Of a stretch of DNA of 58,189 nt, positions 1 through 6,249 are shown in pieces (the first letter of the stretch is position 1; every line of letters starts with the position of its first letter). The stretch spans positions 1 through 58,189 of the forward strand of contig JALOPJ010000012.1 in the NCBI GenBank assembly GCA_025453955.1, given 5' to 3'. The DNA comes from Candidatus Edwardsbacteria bacterium (GTDB lineage: Bacteria > Edwardsbacteria > AC1 > EtOH8). The notes below the pieces were generated by a model. The model did not search any database. It was given only the letters and a program-made list of their open reading frames with translations, and was not told the DNA's origin. A program made the translations under genes and the position numbers.

Positions 1-97
1 ACATGATGTTGGAGGCGATCACCAGCCCCTCCAGGTCGAGCACGATCGAGCCCCGCACGCCGGGGATCTCGTTGATCTGGCTGAGTATTTCCTTCAT
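1..97 (-). CDS. Roadblock/LC7 (MglB-like) domain protein, first 32 codons only; gene continues beyond the left edge
   Basis: Partial and not in the ORF track. The minus-strand ATG is at 97..95. It reads MKEILSQINEIPGVRGSIVLDLEGLVIASNIM, a typical Roadblock/LC7 N-terminus. Confidence 0.7.
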   Translation of the reverse strand, partial: MKEILSQINEIPGVRGSIVLDLEGLVIASNIM

Positions 98-122
98 GTC
101 CGTCCGCAGTGGTTGTGGTGCG

Positions 123-1016
123 TCATGACGGCCGGGCCAGGGCGGCGACGCGCTCGGCCGCCCGCTTGCCGTTGACCGCCACCAGGCCCATCTTCACCGA
201 GGTCTCGGCCGACAGCAGCAGCAGCAGCGGCCCGGCCCGCCGCAGGAACACCTTCTCGGTGGCGGTCTCGATGATCACCCGCTCCAACGCCCCCAGCTTG
301 ACCTTGCGCATGGCCTCGGCCGCGGTCCGGAAGATGCTGGTGGCCAGCGCCGCCGAGGACTCGGAGTCGGAGGCCCCGCCCACGGCGCCGGCGTAGGACT
401 CGGCCACCACGAAGCCGGAGTCGTCCACCAGCAGGCAGGCCAGCACTTGCGGCGTCTGCTGCAGGTCGGCCAGGATGCGCTGGTACCCGGGTGTATTGTC
501 GCCGGCCTCCGCCGTCGCCGCGGCCGGCGGCGCCGGCTCCGCGGCGACGGGACCGGCCGGGGCCTGCTCCACCGGGGCCGGTGGCAGCACGGTGTCCAGC
601 GGCCGCGGGATCGGCGCCGTCGGTCGGGCCGGCGGCACCGCTGTGGCGGCCGGCGCCATGGGCGCGGGCTGCTGCCCGGGCGCCGGGGCGGCCGCGGGGG
701 CCGGCGGCGCGGCCGGCGTCGAGCGGTCGATCTCGGCCAGCAGCTTCTTGGCGTCGCCGTGCTCGCCCTGCCGCGCCAGCACCTTGACCAGCTCCTCCCG
801 CGCCCTGGCCGGCTCGGCCGTGGCCAGGTAGCAGCGGGCCAGCACCAGCCGGCCGTCGATGTTGTCGGGCTGCGCCTCCAGGCCGCTCCGGCACATGGCG
901 ATGGCCTCGGGGAACAGCATGTTCTGGCGGTAGAAGTCGGCCAGCGAGGCGAACAGGAACGACGAGGGGTCGTTCAGCACCTGGTCGGCTGGGTTTATTT
1001 TACGCTCTTCGGGCAT
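123..1016 (-). CDS. TPR - Pro/Ala-rich linker - Roadblock/LC7 fusion protein (297 aa)
   Basis: ORF 123..1067 trimmed to the ATG at 1016 (MPEERKIN). It has N-terminal TPR-like helices (AIAMCRSGLEAQPDNIDGRLVLARCYL), then about 100 aa of P/A low complexity. The C-terminal segment is Roadblock-like (VLACLLVDDSGFVVAES...ERVIIETATEKVFL). Confidence 0.8.
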   Translation of the reverse strand: MPEERKINPADQVLNDPSSFLFASLADFYRQNMLFPEAIAMCRSGLEAQPDNIDGRLVLARCYLATAEPARAREELVKVLARQGEHGDAKKLLAEIDRSTPAAPPAPAAAPAPGQQPAPMAPAATAVPPARPTAPIPRPLDTVLPPAPVEQAPAGPVAAEPAPPAAATAEAGDNTPGYQRILADLQQTPQVLACLLVDDSGFVVAESYAGAVGGASDSESSAALATSIFRTAAEAMRKVKLGALERVIIETATEKVFLRRAGPLLLLLSAETSVKMGLVAVNGKRAAERVAALARPS

Positions 1017-1024
1017 ACGGTATC

Positions 1025-1100
1025 GAATGCAACATGATGAATGAAAGATGAGAAATGCAACGTGCACCGGAGTTCATTTTGCATTTTGCATTCTGCATTT
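1025..1100. repeat. AT-rich heptad-phased inverted repeat (type A) filling the whole intergenic gap
   Basis: ATG recurs at 1027, 1034, 1041, 1048 and 1055 (exact 7-nt phase). Its complement CAT recurs at 1075, 1082, 1089 and 1096. The arms are about 13 nt apart. Confidence 0.7.
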
Positions 1101-2351
1101 TCACTGCGGTTTGGTTTTCCCCTTCTTCATCTTCTCCAGCCAGGACTTGACCTCGGGCGAGAGCTCGGGCACGGGGCCGGTCTGCTGGGGCGCGGCGTCG
1201 GGCGGCTGGGCCAGGTTGCGGATGGCATCCTTCTCCTCCAGCCCGGTGGCCCACTTCACCGCCAGGTCGACCAGCAGGCGGACCCGCGGGGCCTTGCGGT
1301 CGCCCGGCAGGAACTGCAGGTATTTCTCCCAGCGCTCCACCGCCAGCTCCAGCCGGCCGATCCGGGCGTAGGCGAATCCCAGGCAGTAGTTGATGTCCGG
1401 GTTCTCCTCCTGGCCCTTGCTGGCCAGCTTGTACTCCATGATGGCCTCGTCCAGGGCCTCGGTCTGGTAGTAGGCCTCGGCCAGGAACAGGTGGGCCAGC
1501 GAGGAGTCCGGCTCCTTCTGCAGCACGCCGGTCAGGAGATCGATCGCCGCCTCGACGTCGCCGGCGTGCAGCCTGTCCTGGGCGACGCGCACCGGGTCGG
1601 CCTTGGGCTCCTCCACGGCCAGCGGCAGCGGCGGCTTGCCGGTGTGGACCCGCACCAGGCCGGTGGCGATCAGGCCGTAGATCACCTTGGCCATCTCGAA
1701 CTCCAGCCCGCCGGTGCTCTCGATCACCTCCCGCGCCGTGCGCCGGCCGTCGATGTTGGCCAGGATCAGCCACTCGTCGGGGTTGAGGTCCAGCTTGGCG
1801 GCGGCCACGTCGGTGGCCGGGGCCAGCGCCAGCACGCTTTCCAGGTCGGGCAGCTTGGAGCGGATCTTGGACCACTCGTCCAGCCGCCGCGACACCTCCA
1901 TCATCACGTTCTCGGTCACCGCCACGAACCCCAGGCCGGGGTCGGGGTCGATCTCCATGTCCTCGAACCGGAAGTAGCCCTCCTGCCAGCCCATGATCTG
2001 GAACACGATGTCGTGGATCTGGCCCTTCAGCAGGTCCAGCGCCGCCTCCTTGGAGACCGCGCCCCGGGCCACCGCCATGCTGCCGAACAGCTGCTTGCGT
2101 GGCTGGCCGGCCTGCTCCTTCAGCAGCTGGTCCAGCTTCTGGTGCGACAGCTTGCCGGACTTCTGCATCAGCTGGCCCAGCGGCTCCTGGCCGGACTGCA
2201 GCAGGGCCCGCACGATGTTGCCCGACGAGAAGTAGACCTGTCCCACGTTGGTGGTGCAGTCCAGCGTCAGGATGCCGGACTTGCGCGACATCGCCAGCAG
2301 CTGGAACAGGTCCATCAGGCTGAGTTCTTTGATCGGGCCTTCGATCGCCAT
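1101..2351 (-). CDS. DUF4388 (PatA-N-terminal/PATAN-type) domain protein with C-terminal TPR repeats (416 aa)
   Basis: ORF 1101..2423 trimmed to the ATG at 2351 (MAIEGPIKELSLMDLFQLLAMSRKSGILTL, the characteristic DUF4388 opening). GAAGG lies 7 nt upstream. The C-terminal half is TPR-like (LAHLFLAEAYYQTEALDEAIMEYKLA). Confidence 0.8.
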   Translation of the reverse strand: MAIEGPIKELSLMDLFQLLAMSRKSGILTLDCTTNVGQVYFSSGNIVRALLQSGQEPLGQLMQKSGKLSHQKLDQLLKEQAGQPRKQLFGSMAVARGAVSKEAALDLLKGQIHDIVFQIMGWQEGYFRFEDMEIDPDPGLGFVAVTENVMMEVSRRLDEWSKIRSKLPDLESVLALAPATDVAAAKLDLNPDEWLILANIDGRRTAREVIESTGGLEFEMAKVIYGLIATGLVRVHTGKPPLPLAVEEPKADPVRVAQDRLHAGDVEAAIDLLTGVLQKEPDSSLAHLFLAEAYYQTEALDEAIMEYKLASKGQEENPDINYCLGFAYARIGRLELAVERWEKYLQFLPGDRKAPRVRLLVDLAVKWATGLEEKDAIRNLAQPPDAAPQQTGPVPELSPEVKSWLEKMKKGKTKPQ

Positions 2352-2378
2352 TGACTGCCTTCGTTGGGCCGCCGGTCG

Positions 2379-2398
2379 GGGCAATTCATGAATTGCCC
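2379..2398. repeat. REP-like perfect 20-bp palindrome GGGCAATTCATGAATTGCCC
   Basis: Self-complementary over 20 nt. Flanks are GGTCG on the left and TTACGT on the right. Confidence 0.75.
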
Positions 2399-2428
2399 TT
2401 ACGTCGGTTCCAGGTTGGTTCACGGTTG

Positions 2429-2448
2429 GGGCGAACGGCCGTTCGCCC
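2429..2448. repeat. REP-like perfect 20-bp palindrome GGGCGAACGGCCGTTCGCCC
   Basis: Self-complementary over 20 nt. It shares the GGGC...GCCC frame and the flanks (GGTTG / TTACAT) with the element 50 nt to its left, but has a different inner stem. Confidence 0.75.
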
Positions 2449-2470
2449 TTACATGTTTTCCGGGGCTTGT

Positions 2471-2575
2471 TTACTAGTTGCCAAAGGTTGTTTACACAGC
2501 GCCATGGTCAATTTACAGACAGCCAATTCCTGATTACAGATCGCCATGGCATCATTACTACTGTCATTCCAGCGA
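2471..2575. repeat. Five direct repeat units with exact 21-bp phasing; core TTAC-N5-GCCA in units 1-4
   Basis: TTAC starts at 2471, 2492, 2513, 2534 and 2555. GCCA follows after 5 nt at 2480, 2501, 2522 and 2543. Unit 5 keeps only TTAC. Confidence 0.75.
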
Positions 2576-2589
2576 AGGCTGGAATCCAG
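2565..2589. repeat. 25-nt palindromic element CATTCCAGCGAAGGCTGGAATCCAG (copy 1)
   Basis: Hairpin ATTCCAGC-GAAG-GCTGGAAT. An exact reverse-complement copy lies at 29895..29919. Confidence 0.8.
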
Positions 2590-2740
2590 GGTCAAGTTAC
2601 ACGCCGCCCTCGCGTCTTGACCCCTCCCCTGCCCCTCCCCGCTGCGGAGAGGGGTGGGTGGCGCTACCGGTTCCTCTCTTCGCTCTCGGGAAACCGTTCG
2701 TGTTGCTTCCCTGCTTGGTGCATTGCGATCGGTATACCGC

Positions 2741-2854
2741 CTACGGCGTGCTCTTCTTCTGCTTGTCCTTCATCTGCTGGGCCAGCTGCGCCTGCTTGCT
2801 CGCCTTCTGTTTCTGAAGCTTGCCCTTGTTCTTTGCTCCGCCCCTGTCTCCCAT
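2741..2854 (-). CDS. Small Lys-rich basic protein, 37 aa (hypothetical)
   Basis: Below the ORF-track size cutoff. ATG at 2854 is preceded by AAAAAGGAG with an 8-nt spacer. It reads MGDRGGAKNKGKLQKQKASKQAQLAQQMKDKQKKSTP and ends with TAG at 2741..2743. Confidence 0.4.
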   Translation of the reverse strand: MGDRGGAKNKGKLQKQKASKQAQLAQQMKDKQKKSTP

Positions 2855-2910
2855 GGTGCGACTCCTTTTTTCTGGTTATCACCGTTCCGGGTGGGTACGT
2901 GGCTGGATCA

Positions 2911-2945
2911 ATCCATTTTGCATCCTGCATTCTTCATTTTTCATC
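2911..2945. repeat. AT-rich heptad array (type A, single arm)
   Basis: CAT at 2914, 2921, 2928, 2935 and 2942 (7-nt phase). It lies between the TPR gene stop (2952) and the small ORF. Confidence 0.65.
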
Positions 2946-2951
2946 CGGCCG

Positions 2952-5513
2952 TCACGTTCCCGCCACCTGCTCCCACTGCAGCGCGGCGTCGATGGCCTTC
3001 TTGGCCGCCGTCTTGATGGCATCGTCGGCGGCGAAGCTCAGCGCCTTCTGCCAGGCGTCCACCGCGTCGCGGGTGCGGCCCTTCTGGGCCAGCAGCCGTC
3101 CCCACAGCAGGTGCAGCTCGGCCCGGTCGCCGAACGAGCCCAGCATCTCCTTGCAGGCGTTGTAGGCGCCGTCGATGTCGCCGGTCTTGTGGGCCACCGT
3201 GGCCGCGCCCAGCCGGGCCTCGAAGTTGTCCGGCGCGATCTTGCCGGCCACGGCGTACTCCACGGCGGCCTTGGCCAGGTCGCCCAGCTTGAGGTAGACC
3301 GCGGCCAGCGCCAGGTGGGCGTCGACGAAGGCCGGGCCGGTGGTGACGGCTCGCTTCAGCTCCTCGGCCGCCTGCTCCGGCTTGTTCTGGCGGGCCAGCA
3401 TCCGGCCGACGTAGTAGTAGCCGTGGGGCAGCCGGGGGTTCAGCTTGATGGCCTGGCGGAAGGCCATCACCGCCTCCTCGGCCTCGTTCTTGGCCTCGAA
3501 GGTCTGGCCCAGCCCCAGGTAGAGGTCGACGTTGTCGCGGTCCAGCTTGAGCGCGGCCTCGTAGCACTCCTGGGCGTCGGCCAGCTGGCCCTGCCGCAGG
3601 TGCAGCGAGCCCAGCTCGGACCGCAGCTCCACGCTGGCGGGGACCAGCTGGATGCCCTCGCGCAGCGCCGCCAAGGCCTTGTCGGGCTGCTCCATCTGCA
3701 GGAAGGCGCGGGCCAGCCGGACGCGGTGGCCGGGGGTGGCGGGGTCCAGCTTCACCAGCAGGCCGTAGCGCACCGCGGCCTCGGCCCCCTGCCGCTCCTC
3801 CAGCGCGATGTCGGCCAGCGCCTGCAGCGCCTCCAGCTGCTGGGGCGACTGCTCCAGCACCGCCTTGGCCAGCCGCTTGGCGTCGTCGCGGCGGCCCTCC
3901 TGCCGCGCCTTGCGCAGGGCCTCGACGTCGGTGGCCACGCCCCGCTCGCCCCAGTCGACGGCCTTGGACTTGACCGCCGCCTGCTCCAGCACGCCGCCGA
4001 AGATGTCGGCGGCCACCGTGCTGCCCTGCTCCTGGCCCGGACCCTGCCACTCGTCCAGCACCAGCAGGCTGGGATCGTCGACGAAGAAGTCGATGCCCAG
4101 CTTGAAGGAGCCGCCGTGGTAGTGCGACTGCAGCGCCATGGCCTGCTTGGTGGCGGCCAGCGACTCCTGGTACTTGCCCTGGGCCGCCAGGGCGAACCCC
4201 AGGTTGTAGTGGGCCTCGGCGAAGGCCGGGTCCTGCTGGATGCTCTTGGTGAACGCCGCCGCGGCGTTGTCGTGCCGGCCGCGCTTCATGAACAGCAGGC
4301 CCAGGTTGTTGTGGGCCAGGGCCGAGTGCTCGTTGAGCACCAGCACCGTGTTGTACTGCTCCAGCGCCTCGTCGTCGCGGTCGCGGGTGGCGTAGACCAG
4401 CCCCAGGTTGAAGTGGGCGTCGGCGTACTCCGGCATGATGTCCACCGCCGTGCGCAGCGCCTCCTCGGCCTCGCCCTCCTTGCCCTGGTACCAGTAGGCG
4501 ATGCCCAGGTTGTTGAGGCTGATCACGTAGCCGGGGTCGATCTCCAGGGCCCGGCGGTACCACGCCACCGCCTCGTCCGACTTGCCCATCCGGTGCCAGG
4601 CCAGCCCGATGTCGTTGTAGATCTTGGCGTTCTTGGGCTCCACCTCCAGCGCCCGGCGGTAGGTCTCGATCGCCCGCTGGTTCTGCCCCAGGAACAGGTA
4701 GATCTCGCCCACCTCCTTGTACACCATCCGCGACCCGTCGTCGCCGGCCAGCGCCGCCTCGAACTCCTTGAGGGCCTGCTTGAACAGCCCCTTGCGGCGG
4801 AAGCCCAGCCCCAGGTTGTAGTGGGTCATGAACCCGTCGGGCGCCACCTCCATCTGCGTGTCGGCCCGGCCGCGCAGCTCGGAGAGCAGGTCCTGGTTGT
4901 AGTAGTCGATGCCCAGGTTGGCCTGGGCCTTGGCGTAGTTGGGATTGAGGGTGATGGCCCGGCGCGACTCCTCGATGGCCTTCATCTCGCCCAGCGCCGT
5001 GTGGATCACGTAGGAGTCGGGGTCGATCGCCAGCGCCGCCTTGTAGACCTCGATGGCCTGATCGAAGGCGCCGGTCTGCTTGAGGGTCAGCCCCAGGTAG
5101 AGGTGGGCCAGCAGGTCGGAGGGCTGGCGGGCGATGGCCGCCCGGTACTGCTCGGCCGCGGCGCCGTACTGGCCGGTGTTGCGCAGGGCCTCGGCCAGCC
5201 GGAAGTGGGCGGCCGGGTCGCCGCCGCCCAGCGAGGCCTGGGACTGGGCGATCTCGCGGTCGTAGTAGCCGCTCTTGCGGTACACCACCTCCAGGTTGTG
5301 GCGGGCCAGCACGTTCTTGGGGTCGATCTCCAGCGCCCGCTGCAGCACCTCGACGGCCTCGGCGTGCATCCCCTTGTTGAAGTACACCACGCCCAGGTTG
5401 TTGTGGGCCGAGGCGTCGTTGGCGTCGATCCGGGAGCGGAACTCCCGCAGGATCTTCTGCTCCTCGGCGCTGACCGCGGCGGGCGCGGCCGGTGTGGCGG
5501 CGGGTTCGTTCAT
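2952..5513 (-). CDS. Large tetratricopeptide-repeat protein (853 aa)
   Basis: ORF 2952..5582 trimmed to the first ATG (5513, MNEPAAT); the track start is TTG. There are many canonical TPR units (AHNNLGVVYFNKGMHAEAVEVLQRALEIDP, AEAHYNLGFALAAQGKYQES, and others). Confidence 0.85.
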   Translation of the reverse strand: MNEPAATPAAPAAVSAEEQKILREFRSRIDANDASAHNNLGVVYFNKGMHAEAVEVLQRALEIDPKNVLARHNLEVVYRKSGYYDREIAQSQASLGGGDPAAHFRLAEALRNTGQYGAAAEQYRAAIARQPSDLLAHLYLGLTLKQTGAFDQAIEVYKAALAIDPDSYVIHTALGEMKAIEESRRAITLNPNYAKAQANLGIDYYNQDLLSELRGRADTQMEVAPDGFMTHYNLGLGFRRKGLFKQALKEFEAALAGDDGSRMVYKEVGEIYLFLGQNQRAIETYRRALEVEPKNAKIYNDIGLAWHRMGKSDEAVAWYRRALEIDPGYVISLNNLGIAYWYQGKEGEAEEALRTAVDIMPEYADAHFNLGLVYATRDRDDEALEQYNTVLVLNEHSALAHNNLGLLFMKRGRHDNAAAAFTKSIQQDPAFAEAHYNLGFALAAQGKYQESLAATKQAMALQSHYHGGSFKLGIDFFVDDPSLLVLDEWQGPGQEQGSTVAADIFGGVLEQAAVKSKAVDWGERGVATDVEALRKARQEGRRDDAKRLAKAVLEQSPQQLEALQALADIALEERQGAEAAVRYGLLVKLDPATPGHRVRLARAFLQMEQPDKALAALREGIQLVPASVELRSELGSLHLRQGQLADAQECYEAALKLDRDNVDLYLGLGQTFEAKNEAEEAVMAFRQAIKLNPRLPHGYYYVGRMLARQNKPEQAAEELKRAVTTGPAFVDAHLALAAVYLKLGDLAKAAVEYAVAGKIAPDNFEARLGAATVAHKTGDIDGAYNACKEMLGSFGDRAELHLLWGRLLAQKGRTRDAVDAWQKALSFAADDAIKTAAKKAIDAALQWEQVAGT

Positions 5514-5585
5514 GGCCCTGGGGCGTGGCGTGGTACGTGCGGTGCGGGGATGGGATACTAGGACTATTTTAGTCCTGTTCAAGGA

Positions 5586-6203
5586 TCAGTCCATGTGGAT
5601 GGCCTTGAGGATCACGTCCACCGAGTCGGGGTCGGGCAGCAGCATGAAGTAGCCGTGCAGCACCGCCTGCTTCTCCACGAACCGGAACTCGGTCTGGATG
5701 CAGATCACCATGTCCTTGTCGGCGCCGAAGTCCAGCGACACCGTCTGCAGCACGGCCGAGGCCATGTCCACGGTCATGCTGGGCACCGACGGCACCACCA
5801 TCAGCCCCAGCAGGTCGCCCAGGGCGTTCATATAGGCGCAGGTCAGGACGTTGGAGACCTCCTTGAGGGCCGACTCCTCCAGCTCGGTGAAGGCGGTGGT
5901 GGTCCCGACCGGCCGCTTCAGCAGGCAGTCGGTGAGGTGGAACGACGCCTCGCGCGGGAACATCAGCAGGGTGCGGCCGGTCATGTCGCCCAGGAAGTAG
6001 ATCAGGATCCCGGCCACCGCGTCCTGGGGCTTGGCCACCAGGCTGAAGGCCTCCTCGATGGGGTTGATCTTGATCTCCGGCACGTTGACCATCACCTTCT
6101 CGCCGGTCAGCTCGGACAGGGCGGTGGCGGCGTGGCAGGCCCCGATGTTGGCCACCTCCTTGATGGCGTCCAGCTGGATCGTCTGCAGCTTGCTCAGTTC
6201 CAT
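5586..6203 (-). CDS. cheC: CheC-family CheY-P phosphatase
   Basis: The opening LDAIKEVANIGACHAATALSELTG and a second ALKEVSNVLTCAYMNALG repeat are typical of the CheC duplicated fold. Confidence 0.85.
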   Translation of the reverse strand: MELSKLQTIQLDAIKEVANIGACHAATALSELTGEKVMVNVPEIKINPIEEAFSLVAKPQDAVAGILIYFLGDMTGRTLLMFPREASFHLTDCLLKRPVGTTTAFTELEESALKEVSNVLTCAYMNALGDLLGLMVVPSVPSMTVDMASAVLQTVSLDFGADKDMVICIQTEFRFVEKQAVLHGYFMLLPDPDSVDVILKAIHMD

Positions 6204-6249
6204 GCGTGCACCTCGGTTTGGTTCGTGCCTGCGGCGTCCCGGCCGCGCG

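Noticed and set aside
2471-2575. The 21-bp phased repeats, or the heptad arrays, as a CRISPR array.
   Set aside because: The units are far too short. There are no repeat-spacer alternations of CRISPR size, no conserved full-length repeat and no cas genes in the window.
2664-2930. The 88-aa track ORF as the gene between the TPR gene and the repeat mosaic.
   Set aside because: It starts inside the heptad array and has no RBS. Its product (..GRQGRSKEQGQASETEGEQAGAAGPADEGQAEEEH..) looks like an off-frame reading of the Lys-rich 37-aa ORF, which does have a strong SD.
2820-5561. Very long plus-strand ORFs in the track, for example 2820..5561 (913 aa), 6031..8211, 15089..17371, 16902..19391, 36665..38671 and 47894..49984.
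   Set aside because: They lie antisense to genes with clear family signatures. Their products are Arg/Gly/Pro/His/Gln/Asp-rich low-complexity strings. Stop codons are rare in GC-rich DNA, so these are shadow ORFs.
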